Of a DNA stretch of 64,000 bases, positions 29,884-39,978 are shown in pieces. This stretch comes from an uncultured Isosphaeraceae bacterium. GTDB taxonomy: Bacteria; Planctomycetota; Planctomycetia; Isosphaerales; Isosphaeraceae. The position numbers were made by a program, and so were the translations under genes. The notes under the pieces are model-generated. The model was not told where the DNA came from and ran no database searches. It saw nothing but the letters and a program-made list of their open reading frames with translations. Location of the stretch: assembly GCA_963829765.1 (NCBI GenBank), contig CAWHKI010000160.1:26997-90996 (forward strand), written 5' to 3'. The stretch's first letter is position 1. Every line of letters begins with the position of its first letter.

Positions 29884-31377
29884 ATGAAACCGTGCGATCC
29901 CCTGGCTGGCCAGACGTGGAGCCGCCGCGACTTCCTGCGGAGCATGAATGCGGCGGCCTTGGCCGCGCTGGCCGCTGGCGAACCCCAGCCCGTCCGCGGT
30001 GCCGACCTGGTCAAGCATCCCGAGCCGACCGCCGATACCATCATCCTGCTGTGGTTGGCCGGCGGGATGGCGGCTCCCGAGACGTTTGACCCCAAGCGGT
30101 ACATTCCGTACGAAGTCGGCGTCCGTTGCGAGAAGATCTTGTGCACCTTCCCGGCGATTGACACCGCACTCGATGGCGTCAAGATCTCGCAGGGCCTGGA
30201 GCAGGTCGCCAGCGTGCTGGACCGGGGAACCCTAATCCGCTCGCACGTTGTCGCCGACCTGGGAAATATCCTGCATTCGCGGCACCAGTATCACTGGCAC
30301 ACCGGATATATTCCGCCGCAGACCGTGGCCGCGCCTCACATCGGCTCGTGGATCGCCAAGGTCCGCGGTCCGAGAGACCCGGCGATCCCGGCGTTCATCA
30401 ACATCGGCCAACGGTTGGAAGGTCACGGGGAAGTCGAGGAGCTCAAGGCGTTCACGACCGCCGGCTTCTTCGGCAGCGAATACGGCCCGTTCAACATCCC
30501 CTATCCGCTGGATGCGATGGCCGCCGTGCGACCCCCCAAAGGCGTGACCCGCGAACGGTTCGCCCGCCGCGAAAAGACCTATCGCCAACTCGTCAACGAG
30601 GGGCCCCTCGCCGGCCTGGCGAGCGACTACCATCAACAGTCGGTGGTCCGCGCAATGGATAACGCCTATCGGTTGCTGAACTCGCCCAAGCGCGACGCTT
30701 TCGACCTGTCGAAGGAGCCGAAGGAAAGCTTCGACCGCTACGACACCGGCCGGTTCGGCCAGGGCTGTCTGCTCGCCCGGCGGCTAACCGAGGCCGGTGC
30801 CCGCTTTATCGAGGTCACCACCGAGTACGTCCCCTTCCTGAGCTGGGATACACATGAGAACGGCCACGCCACGTACACCGAGATGAAGAAACAGATTGAC
30901 CGCCCGATCGCGCAGCTTATCCTCGACCTGGAGGGGCGCGGGCTGCTCGATCGCACGCTCGTCGTGGTGGCCAGCGAGTTCAGCCGCGACATGATGATCG
31001 AGGGAGTGCCGGGCAGCACGGCCGCCGATCAGTCGCGGGCCAAATCCGACGTGTTGAAAGAGCCCAAGCACTACGGGCTGCACCGGCATTTCACCGGATC
31101 GGGCTCGGTGCTGATTTTCGGCGGCGGGTTCAAGCGAGGGTTTGTCTACGGCGAGACCGCTCCCGAGCGGCCGCTCGTGACCATCAAAGACCCCGTCACG
31201 ATCACCGACCTGCACGCGACGTTGTTCACCGCGATGGGCATCTCGCCCCGGACCGTGTTCGATATCGAAAAACGGCCATTCTACGCGACCCTCGACGGCA
31301 AAGGTCAGCCGGTCAAGGCTTTGTTCTGCGCGGATAGTCAGTCGTCACCCAGAGTTCGCTTCTTACGGAGCAGATGA
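29884..31377 (+). CDS. DUF1501 (sulfatase-fold) protein with Tat signal
   Basis: SRRDFLRSMNAAALAALAAG, LLWLAGGMAAPETFDPK, GARFIEVT and DTHENGH. It is the usual downstream partner of DUF1549/DUF1553 genes. Confidence 0.85.
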   Translation: MKPCDPLAGQTWSRRDFLRSMNAAALAALAAGEPQPVRGADLVKHPEPTADTIILLWLAGGMAAPETFDPKRYIPYEVGVRCEKILCTFPAIDTALDGVKISQGLEQVASVLDRGTLIRSHVVADLGNILHSRHQYHWHTGYIPPQTVAAPHIGSWIAKVRGPRDPAIPAFINIGQRLEGHGEVEELKAFTTAGFFGSEYGPFNIPYPLDAMAAVRPPKGVTRERFARREKTYRQLVNEGPLAGLASDYHQQSVVRAMDNAYRLLNSPKRDAFDLSKEPKESFDRYDTGRFGQGCLLARRLTEAGARFIEVTTEYVPFLSWDTHENGHATYTEMKKQIDRPIAQLILDLEGRGLLDRTLVVVASEFSRDMMIEGVPGSTAADQSRAKSDVLKEPKHYGLHRHFTGSGSVLIFGGGFKRGFVYGETAPERPLVTIKDPVTITDLHATLFTAMGISPRTVFDIEKRPFYATLDGKGQPVKALFCADSQSSPRVRFLRSR

Positions 31378-32661
31378 TGATAATGCTGCGCGAAGCGGTG
31401 GGCCTCGTCGCGGACGTATTGCAAAAGCCGTAAGGCGAACGAGCGCCGGGATAAGACGATGGGCTCGGCCCTCCCTTGCACGTAGATTTCCTCTTCACGC
31501 TTCGCCAGCGCGATCATCGTCGGCGGCGCGATCTTGAGCGTCTCGAAGGCGGCCAGGGCCGAGCTCAACTGCCCCTTGCCACCATCGATCAGCCAGATAT
31601 CGGGGAAGGGCTCATCTCGCTCCTGAAGACTCTTGATTCGCCGCGTGACCACTTCGCGGATCGCCGCGAAGTCGTCGATCCCGGCCACGCTTTTGATCTG
31701 ATAGCGGCGATAACCCGGCTTGAATGGCAAGCCATCCACAAACGACACCAGTGAGCCAACCATCTCATCGCCGCCCAGGTGGGCAATATCGACGCCATCG
31801 ATCGTCCGCGGAATCGAGTCGAGCTTCAAGACCTGCTTCAACCCCTTCAAACCCTTGCGCGATCGACGTAAAACACCTCGGGCTGAGCATGATCGGCCAG
31901 ATTGCCACGCAAGTTGAGCGAGCCGAGTGCCTTGATCTCATCGCGCAGCCGCGCGGCCTTCTCAAACTGGAGCGCCTTGCTCGATTCGCGCATTTCCGCT
32001 TCCATCTCTTTGAGCAAGATATCCTTCTTGCCATCGAGGAACAGTTGAAGCGCCTGATATCGGTGCGGTAGCTTTCGCGGTCGATTCGCAAGTTGCACGG
32101 GGCCGTACATTGATTGAGCGAAGCGAGCAGGCACGGGCGAAACCATTTCCAGCGCGGGTCGCCTTCCTCGATTTGCAGCGAACAGGTGCGGAACTTAAAG
32201 ATCCGCTGGAGTACTTGAATCGCCCCTCGCAGGCTCTTGGCGCGCGGGAACGGGCCATAGAGCTTGACACCTCGATCACGCGGCTGGCGGGTGAAGTTAA
32301 CCTGGGGAAAGTCCTCCCCCGTCGTGATCTGCAGATACGGAAACGATTTGTCGTCTTTGAGATCGCGGTTGTACTTGGGTTGAATGTCCTTGACCAGGCG
32401 TGCTTCCATCAACAGCGCATCCACCTCGCTGTCGGCGGCGACGAACTCGAGATCGGCGACCTCGCCGATCCAGTCGCAGATGCGGCGGTCGCCGCCGGCG
32501 GTCTTGTGAAAGTACGAGCCTGCGCGGCTGCGCAGGTTCTTGGCCTTGCCGATGTAGATCACGCGCCCTTGGGCATCCTTCATCAGGTAGATGCCTGGCA
32601 CGGTGGGAAATTGTTTGACTTTTTCCGCAGGTGGAATGGTCGCCGAAGGAGAGTCCGACAT
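31338..32661 (-). CDS. uvrC: excinuclease ABC subunit C, short form without C-terminal (HhH)2 (2 frame breaks)
   Basis: GIY-YIG motif PGIYLMKDAQGRVIYIGKAKNLRSR. UvrB-interaction region KALQFEKAARLRDEIKAL. Endonuclease domain IDGVDIAHLGGDEMVGSLV...DIWLIDGGKGQL...YVRDEAHRFA. The ORF stops about 15 aa after that. Confidence 0.85.
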
Positions 32662-32833
32662 GCCAGCCTCAAGCGGGTCCAACCTGGCCGACGTCGTGGA
32701 AAATGCCCGGTCCCGCCGGCATCCCCGGGGACCGCCCGCCATCTCGGTCCGTCCGGGCTTTGACCGAGCCGTCGCAAATCATCCTGGACGTATTGTTCGA
32801 TATCGCGAGACGTTTGGTCAAGACGGCTCGGCA

Positions 32834-35043
32834 TTAAGCAGGCAGGGCCTCGGCCTGGCGTGAATTGATTTTTCGCGAATGCTCTCGAGCGGCAGCACGG
32901 TCGAGGGCCCAGCGGACCCACACGTCCCAACGACCGTGCTCGTCGGGCGTGACGTGCCAGTGGGGAATGACGGCCGACGATTGGTAGACCCCTTCGATCC
33001 CTCCCTCGCTCTGGCTGACGGTTTCGATCGGGAAGCACCAAAGGCTTGCCGCTTGCGACCAGCCCAGTTCGACGGCGATGTCGAGCCATTGGTCGGTGAT
33101 GGTGAGGCCGCGGCAATGGGGCAGATCAAGCCGCTCATCGAGCAGTCCCAGCGTGCCGCCGGCGGTGTCGGAGTAAAAACGGTCCGGGGCATGGCCGGCC
33201 ATGGCGGCGACATTGATTTCCACGGCGAAGTGAAAACAAGCGCCGGCGGGAAGGTCGTCGAATTCATAATGCACCGACAAGCCCGAGACGCCAGCGGCAA
33301 GCTCGATGGTCTTCTTCACCCGGATCGTATGACCGTCGACACGCCCCGGTCGTTCCATCACGAGCGCGACACGCTTAGCTTCGCGCTGAACTTTGGCGAG
33401 ATAGGTCCCGAGCACGAAATCGCCGAGCTCGGTCTCGCGACCGGCGATCAAATCATCAAGGCTCACGTCGACAGGGTAGAAATGATCGACCAGGGCCTTG
33501 CGGGGATAACGATCATAGACAAGGCGCTGATCGAGGCCGGACTGTTTCAAGGTGATTCGCTCAGCGGGCGTTTCTCCTTGCCCGTCGGGCCGCCAGCCTT
33601 CTTGGCCATGGGCTCGCTCGGCCGCGGCCAAACGGATGTCGTCGTGATACGCCTCGGGTCGACGGTCGAGCGTGGCCAGCAGGTTGATCGCATTTTCCCG
33701 CACGTCCAGCTCGTAAATATGGCCCCCCCGCGCCGGCCTCACCCAGGCGATCAAGTGGTCGTTTTCCAGCTTCACTTCCTGGCGAGCGTCGAGGTTGAAA
33801 TCGCCGGCTTCGATCGCGACGCGTGGCCCGGTGCGGCCTTCGGCGTCGTCGAGCGCATTGTGGGCGGTGATCAGTCCGCGGTAGATCGCATTCCTCAAGT
33901 GGGGCAGATAAAGCCCGCCGAACGACCCATGCCAATAGGGACAATTGCACTGGCCGCGATAGAGCTCTTGGCGGGCGATTTCCAGGTAATCAGGGTCGGC
34001 GCTCGGGTTGCGGGCCACCGTCTCGAGCCGCCGCGAAACACCGAGCATCCGGGCGTACATCTCGTCACTCTCGGGATAGCGCGCCTTGAAATCTCGCCAG
34101 TAGCCGCCGGCGCGGAAGAACCGCTTGATGTCCTCTGAGTCCGGCACCGAGGCCAGACGCTCGACACCTCTGCGATAAGCCTTGAGCGATTCGGGCGGCA
34201 ACGCCCACTCCGTCATCTCACGATAGGAACTATCCGGCAGAAAGACCTTGCCCACCGGGAGCGAACTGTCGACCGCCGCGCGAATGTCGTTGTTTCAATC
34301 CAGTCGCGATTGGCCCGGAGCATGTCGCAGAAGCGCTTGAGCCAGCCGTTCGTATAAACATGGTCAAACGTCTTGGGCCAGCTTCCCAGCTTCTCGCCAT
34401 CGTCGGCGAACACGACGATCGAGCCGGGGCGGCTCGCCGCCAGCTCTTTCAAAAACTTATAGGTTTCGTGGGGCTCTTGAAAGGGAATGGTGTAGCGGAG
34501 CTTTTCCGCCGCCGGAAAAACCTTGAGCAGTCGGCCGTTGTCTTCCGTCAGGTGATAGCCGAAGACATCGTCCTGGGAGCACCCCGCTCGCTGGAAATGA
34601 AAGTCATCAAGGACGGTGTACTCGATGCCGGCATCGACAATCGCCGCGACGAGTTGCTGTTCCCAGACTCGCTCGGCGATCCACATCCCGCGAACCCTCG
34701 CGCCCAAGAGCTCGTTAAGATAAGTCGTGAAGGCCTGAATTTGACCGATGCGGTCCCGTTCGGGGATCATGGTCAGGATCGGCTCAAAGAACCCGCCGCC
34801 CATGATCTCAACTCGCCCCGACTCGACAAAGCCGCGCAGGCGGGCGAGATATTCGGGATGTTTGTCGACCAACCATTCAAGGAGAGGCCCGGACGTGTGC
34901 AGGGCAAAGGGTATGTCGGGATAGTTTTCGAGAACGTCCAAGAAGGGGCGATAACTGGTGCGGTAGGCCTCTTCGAAGACCCCGTCGAAATTACCCACGG
35001 GCTGGTGGTTGTGGAGTGCGAGAATCAAGCGGACCTGAGACAT
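32834..35043 (-). CDS. GH57-family alpha-glucan enzyme (4-alpha-glucanotransferase/amylase-like), one frame break ~34270
   Basis: MSQVRLILALHNHQPVGNF is the GH57 H.HQP motif. EPILTMIP, WIAERVWEQ and FADDGEKLGSWP are also present. The C-terminal half is in ORF 32834..34255. Confidence 0.8.
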
Positions 35044-35249
35044 GTTGAACCTTCGCGGGATAGAAATGGGCCGCATGCTCGGTGAAAACGGGGTTGATCG
35101 AAACAGCCCGAGCCCCACGCGAAGCTCGCGCGCTTCGGCAACCGTGGCATCACCTCGAATCAACAATGGTAATGCGGCGGTTCGACATGGTCAAACGGGG
35201 CCAGTTGGTTTTCGGCTGTTAGATCCCGTCGCTTGATCCGTCCGCGGCA

Positions 35250-35805
35250 ATTCAGACGTAAGCCGCGCGGCCGGCGGGGGGCGCGGGACGCCGCCGCTGG
35301 CAACGCGGGCCGGTCCCTCGTATTTCGCCCCGTTTTCTCAATCCGGATCTTCCGGGGCAATCGCGGCGACCAATCCCCCCGACACGATCGCGATTTCACC
35401 CGGGCTGACTTTTTTCAGCTTTTTCGGGCCGGCACCGAAGCTTTCGTCGGTAGCTTGCAGCCTGAATCCGGGCAGGGGAGAAGTCTCCGTCGGACCACAA
35501 GTCGGCGGACGATCAATTCCGCAAAAAACTGGACGCGGCTGTCCGGCTTGATCCATCCCTGGCGCTAGGCCGGTCGAACCCCGCTTCCAAGCAAACGGGA
35601 CCCGGACTGACATGCGCTAGGCTTCTCCCTGCCCCCTGGGCGGCGGCGAGCGGGACCTTGCGGCGTCCGATCCGCTGCCTGGCAGGTCCACGCGCGCTGG
35701 GTGACCCGCTTTAGGGAGACCCAAAAACAAAAAAACAAATGTTTGACCTTGTCAGGCGGCACCGACCCCGTCAGGCGGCACCGCGCCAGCGGTGCCGCCG
35801 AGGGC
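35250..35805. repeat. copy a of ~0.55-kb non-coding repeat R1
   Basis: Aligns by eye with 37096-37790, from ttcagacg(t/c)aagccgcg to the gtttgacc...ggcggcaccgcgccagcggtgccgcc hairpin. Confidence 0.8.
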
Positions 35806-35964
35806 GGGCGACGGGAGGTTAAAACGAACTGACACCATTTAACGCGTGACACCGAATAGGTGACGTCGCGGGAGGGATTCCCGGGATGGCCACAGGGACC
35901 TGGATTGCTTATACTTCGGTGTACCGGCCAAACGTTTACTTTCATAGAAGGAGGACAAACCGAG

Positions 35965-36300
35965 ATGCCTCCAACCTTGCTCGTCAATAGCCCGCAGGCC
36001 AGCGTGCCTCTGACAGAGGACGAGTTGCGATCAGTGGTTTCTGAGTGGAAGCGCGACACGGCATTTGTTTCCAGCGTATCTGAGATCGTCGGCCATCCTG
36101 GATTCCGCCGCATCGTTGCCTCAGGACCCGGAGCGGTTCCCTATCTGCTTAGGGAACTGAAGAAGGAGCCAAGTTACCTGGTCGTGGCCCTTAGCGAAAT
36201 CACGGGAGTAAATCCGGTGCCCCCCGGCGTAAGCGGGAAGGTTACGGAAATGGTGAAAGCATGGCTGGCGTGGGGCGAAGAGAACGGTCTCCTGCGATGA
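35965..36300 (+). CDS. small hypothetical protein
   Basis: ATG at 35965 is preceded by gaaggagg. 111 aa: MPPTLLVNSPQASVPLTEDELRSVVSEWKRD...HPGFRRIVASGPGAVPYLLRELKK...ITGVNPVPP...AWLAWGEENGLL. Confidence 0.5.
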   Translation: MPPTLLVNSPQASVPLTEDELRSVVSEWKRDTAFVSSVSEIVGHPGFRRIVASGPGAVPYLLRELKKEPSYLVVALSEITGVNPVPPGVSGKVTEMVKAWLAWGEENGLLR

Positions 36301-36359
36301 TTCGAGGCGTGCTTTTCAGGCTGTGACCGGTCAGATATCCCGGAGACCGAACCAACTTC

Positions 36360-36856
36360 GTGCCCCACTCAAAATCGGAAATCCAAGCAGCTTTCCCCAA
36401 GCTACGGCCCGATTCCTTCGAGATAATCGGGAATGAGGATCCGGACTATAACTGCATTGCCTGGGCTGCTGAAAACACAAGTCGAAACTGGTGGCCCCCA
36501 CCTGCCGCGCCGAACGGGCCCCGATTCGCCGCATTGGCCCGCGGCGTGCCAGCCGAGGAGACGCTGGCTGCCTTTATGATCGCTTACCGCACTCTCGGGT
36601 ATGAGCCTTGTGACAACCCCGCTTTCGAACTCGGATTTGAGAAAATCGCGATCTACTTGAAGGACGGCGTCCCGAAACATGCTTCCCGGCAGTTGCCAAA
36701 CGGGCGTTGGTCCAGCAAACTAGGCATGCAGAGCTCATCGAGCACGATTTCGACGCACTCGAGGGCGAGATATACGGCGAGATCAGGCAGGTACTTAAAC
36801 GGCCGCTATCGATCCTCAGCGGCCATCCAGTCGGTGAAGTCCTCGGCGGGCCATAA
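36360..36856 (+). CDS. hypothetical protein with Cys/His pattern reminiscent of papain-like (NlpC/CHAP-type) folds; one frame break ~36720
   Basis: GTG start. DPDYNCIAWAAENTSRNWWPP carries the candidate Cys. IAIYLKDGVPKHASRQLPNGRWSSKLG carries the candidate His. The tail HAELIEHDFDALEGEIYGEIRQVLKRP is in another frame. Confidence 0.4.
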
Positions 36857-37095
36857 ATCGGAAACCGAGCCCTGGGTGGCCTTGACCCAAACTTTTGACT
36901 CACTCTTCAAACCATTTGGATAGGAAATGACGGCCTCTTCGACCAGTTCCTCCAGAGGCACCGATCGCTCCCGCGCGATCGCCATGAGTCTATCCTCGAG
37001 TTCAGGCTAAACTGGCAACCGGTCTTGGGTCAAATGGCTCAGGGAGAATGCCCCGTGTCGTATTGGACCTAACTCAGACCCTTAAAAGGACTGCG

Positions 37096-37790
37096 ATTCA
37101 GACGCAAGCCGCGGGTCCGGCGGGACGGCGCGGGTCACCGCCGCTGGCAACGCGGGCCGGTCCCTCGTATTTCGCCGCTTCTTCTCACTGCGCTCCTTCT
37201 GGGGCATTCGCGGTGACCAATCCCCCCGACACGATCACGACTTCACCCGGGCTGACTTTTTTCAGCTTTTTCGGGCCGGCGCCGAAACTTTCGTCGGTAG
37301 CTTGCAGCCTGAATCCGGGCAGGGGAGAAGTCTCCGTCGGACCACAAGTCGGGGGACGGTCAATTCGGCAAAAAGCTGGACGCGGCTGTCCGGCTTGATT
37401 CATCCCTGGCGCTAGGCCGGTCGAACCCCGGTCCCAAGCAAACGGGGCCCGGGCTGGCATGCGCTGGACTTCTCCTTGCCCCCTGGGCGGCGGCGAGGGG
37501 GACCTTCCGGCGTCCAATCCGCCGCCGGGCGGGTGCACGTGCGCTGGGGGACCAGCCTTAGGTTCTTACCAATGAACTTCTAGGCAACTTGCGGAGAAGT
37601 TGTACACCACAACGTTCAGTAGCTCTTTGGTTGCCGCTCTGCCGCGTTGGGGAGACCGAAAAACAAAAAACAATGTTTGACCCCGTCGGGCGGCACCGCG
37701 CCAGCGGTGCGGCCCGGCCCCGTCGGGAAAACCAAAAAACAATGCTTTGACCCCGTCGGGCGGCACCGCGCCAGCGGTGCCGCCCCCGTT
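37096..37790. repeat. copy b of repeat R1 (with ~100-bp extra insert and duplicated terminal hairpin)
   Basis: See copy a. Extra segment at ~37545-37650. The hairpin unit is present twice (37688-37715 imperfect, 37758-37785 perfect). Confidence 0.8.
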
Positions 37791-37804
37791 TCGAATTCGT
37801 TGGG

Positions 37805-38461
37805 ATGCAGGGCTACTATGCGAATTCCGACCCGGGAACTTATTACCTCCGGGCCCGGTATTATGATCCCGTCACAGGGCGCTTTCTTAGCCGGGACCCG
37901 TTAGGCTTTGCTGGACGGGACTTTAATCTTTATCGCTATGGCGCCGGCAGCCCAACCAACAATATTGACCCAAACGGCACCCAAATCCCTATTCAAATTG
38001 TGCCTACCCTTCTGACAGCAGCCGAGATCGCCTCGCTTAAAGCGGCCGCAGCCGCCACAGCCGCCGCGGCGGCCGCGGTCGCAATCGCCGACGCTGCCAG
38101 AAGGTGCCGATGCCAATACCGCAATCCTGGTTGGCCATCATGCCCATGGTGGAACTATTCGACGCCGGAGAGTGCCACCCAGGCAACAACTTTTCCCGTG
38201 CCGGAGGGTTGGCAGAAGCCCATCGTTGCAGGTTGTTTCCGGAAGGGGGTTGGGTACACTTGCGCGGCGGGTGGCGATTGGTATCAGTGTGTGTTGACTT
38301 ATGTTGGGGCGCTGCCAACAGGACGTCCAATCGCGACAGACGTCCGCGTCTCGGTACAGTGCTGCAATTGCTGCAACACATTCTCTACGAGTACGACGTG
38401 CGAAGTGTTACATCCACCCTCACCTTCTGGCAACCAAAGCTGGCCCGACCCACTCCGGTGA
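37805..38461 (+). CDS. orphan Rhs C-terminal cassette: end of RHS-associated core plus Cys-rich putative toxin domain
   Basis: GYYANSDPGTYYLRARYYDPVTGRFLSRDPLGFAGRDFNLYRYGAGSPTNNIDPNG is the last ~55 aa of the RHS repeat-associated core. It is followed by an Ala-rich linker and a ~120-aa domain with many Cys (RRCRCQY...VQCCNCCNTF). Confidence 0.75.
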   Translation: MQGYYANSDPGTYYLRARYYDPVTGRFLSRDPLGFAGRDFNLYRYGAGSPTNNIDPNGTQIPIQIVPTLLTAAEIASLKAAAAATAAAAAAVAIADAARRCRCQYRNPGWPSCPWWNYSTPESATQATTFPVPEGWQKPIVAGCFRKGVGYTCAAGGDWYQCVLTYVGALPTGRPIATDVRVSVQCCNCCNTFSTSTTCEVLHPPSPSGNQSWPDPLR

Positions 38462-38465
38462 CATC

Positions 38466-38894
38466 ATGATGGACGATAGACGAGCATCCTTGACGATCTG
38501 CCTTAACGACGAAGAGGGCGTTTACGGCGAACTTGGGTTTGTTCCGTTCGACACGGACGTAGGCGGTTTGTGGGTGCAAACTGACCTAAAGGTCACGCCA
38601 TTCAGCGCAAACATAAAATGGTTTCTCGCGACCAAAGAGCAGCACAGGCTGTCGGGTCTGTATAATGACTTTCTCTATGGCCGTGCCTGTCCGGAATTCG
38701 TTGTCCGTGACACCGATTGCTCGCTCGCCGCTACGTTCCGGCCGGACATATCGCTGGGCATCGTTAATATTACCGTCGAGATTAGGCACTGCTTGAAGCA
38801 CGGGAAGCCCGCGATTGCTGTCGACCTTACTTGCGCAACCAGCAGCATTTCGGATTTCCAAGGACTGATCCAGCGGATCATTCAATTTCGATGA
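38466..38894 (+). CDS. putative cognate immunity protein
   Basis: 142-aa ORF (MMDDRRASLTICLNDEEGVYGELGF...) starting 5 nt after the Rhs-CT stop. The call rests on position only. Confidence 0.45.
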   Translation: MMDDRRASLTICLNDEEGVYGELGFVPFDTDVGGLWVQTDLKVTPFSANIKWFLATKEQHRLSGLYNDFLYGRACPEFVVRDTDCSLAATFRPDISLGIVNITVEIRHCLKHGKPAIAVDLTCATSSISDFQGLIQRIIQFR

Positions 38895-38998
38895 CCGGCG
38901 TCGCGGGGGTCAGACCGGGGCGAAAAGACAGGGCGAAAAGACACGCATCGGGGGCGAAAAGGGAAAAGGAAAAGGGGACATTACTGAATGGCATCAAG

Positions 38999-39215
38999 TT
39001 AAGCAGCAACTCCCTGTTCTATCAATTGCTTACGTAATTCGGATCGCGGTTTCTTCATCAGCGGGTATTCCTTTGGCCGTCGCTTTCTGACTCGCGGCTC
39101 GAACCGACCGGGACGGTCTGGATTGACCACCAGTTCTGGCAATTCGTTTGCTTTCATCTCGCAAAGCCAGCGCAATGCGTCAATGAAGCTGATTCGCTCG
39201 ACATCAACACATTGA
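38999..39215 (-). pseudogene. C-terminal remnant of a DDE (IS4-like) transposase
   Basis: The minus frame reads VDVERISFIDALRWLCEMKANELPELVVNPDRPGRFEPRVRKRRPKEYPLMKKPRSELRKQLIEQGVAA then stop. The RPGR.EPR..KRRPK.Y.L..KPR tail is typical of IS4-group transposases. No upstream catalytic part is present. Confidence 0.5.
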
Positions 39216-39232
39216 TGAGCGGCGGCTTCCAG

Positions 39233-39345
39233 GGGCGAAAGGACACGCGCAGCGCCCGCACTGCGCCCTGATCAATTTCGGGGGAGAAAGGGGCGAAAGG
39301 ACACGCGCAGTGCCAGCACTGTGCCCCCTCAATTTCGCGACATAA
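39233..39345. repeat. two tandem ~57-bp units
   Basis: ggggcgaaaggacacgcgcag(c/t)gcc(c/a)gcactg(c/t)gcc...caatttcg occurs twice in tandem. Each unit carries a gcgcag...ctgcgc hairpin. Confidence 0.6.
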
Positions 39346-39410
39346 CTCGTTTGTATATCGTACTTTTTGTTAATGGTCGAAAGGCACTTAAGCGCGGTTC
39401 CGGAGGCAAC

Positions 39411-39650
39411 GGCGGCAAGGACACGCATCGCAAAGCCAGCCGCTTCCCGGCGAGCCGCTCAAATATGACACGTAACCCACTTGCAGAGAAGTGGTTCGGA
39501 ATTACGGGTGATGGCCCAGTTCGCCTTGTCCGCGTACCGTCGGCCACAGTTTTCGAGTTCGCCTCGCAGAGAGAGCCGGGGCCGGGCGTATGCGGTTGAG
39601 ACGCCTTTCGTGCCCGCGAAAACTCGGATCGATCTAGGACTGCGTGTCCT
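39411..39650 (+). mobile_element. MITE-like element, copy A (~240 bp)
   Basis: Left end ggcggcaaggacacgcatcgc, right end ggactgcgtgtcct. The internal sequence cgtaacccacttgcagagaagtggttcggaattacgggtgatggcc... is shared with copies B and C. Confidence 0.65.
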
Positions 39651-39654
39651 CTTG

Positions 39655-39840
39655 GGCTCCAGGTATTGATCGACGTCGTCCGGATTCGCGAGGTAGTAGG
39701 CAATGGCATCGTAAACTTCTTCCAGGCTCAGGGCTGGATAAAGCTGCTGGATGGTTTCCGGGCTGGAAGGACACGCACCTCAGCGGCCGGAACAACACAC
39801 GGAACCTCCCGGTGCACAAAATGATAGGACGGTACATTAG
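39655..39840 (-). pseudogene. DUF433 remnant
   Basis: The minus frame reads SPETIQQLYPALSLEEVYDAIAYYLANPDDVDQYLE, a DUF433 C-terminal helix pattern. The upstream part is out of frame and degenerate. The 3' end abuts MITE copy A. Confidence 0.4.
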
Positions 39841-39978
39841 CGTTCCCAGCGCCCCGCTGATCCGGTTTCAATTTCCGTTTCGCCTCGTCTGGGTGGCCGT
39901 CACGGTGTCGACCGGGCTCTAGACACAGCGCGGGTTCGACTGCGCTCGAGCCGTAGCAAAACGGTTTGGTGCCTGCCG

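Noticed and set aside
32879-35085. ORFs 32879..34138 + (419 aa) and 34360..35085 + (241 aa).
   Set aside because: They are antisense to the GH57 gene, whose minus-strand translation carries the family motifs.
35338-37538. Minus-strand ORFs 35338..35613 and 37185..37538 inside repeat R1.
   Set aside because: Of eight codon differences at the shared 3' end, only one is synonymous. The N-termini are unrelated and no domain is recognisable.
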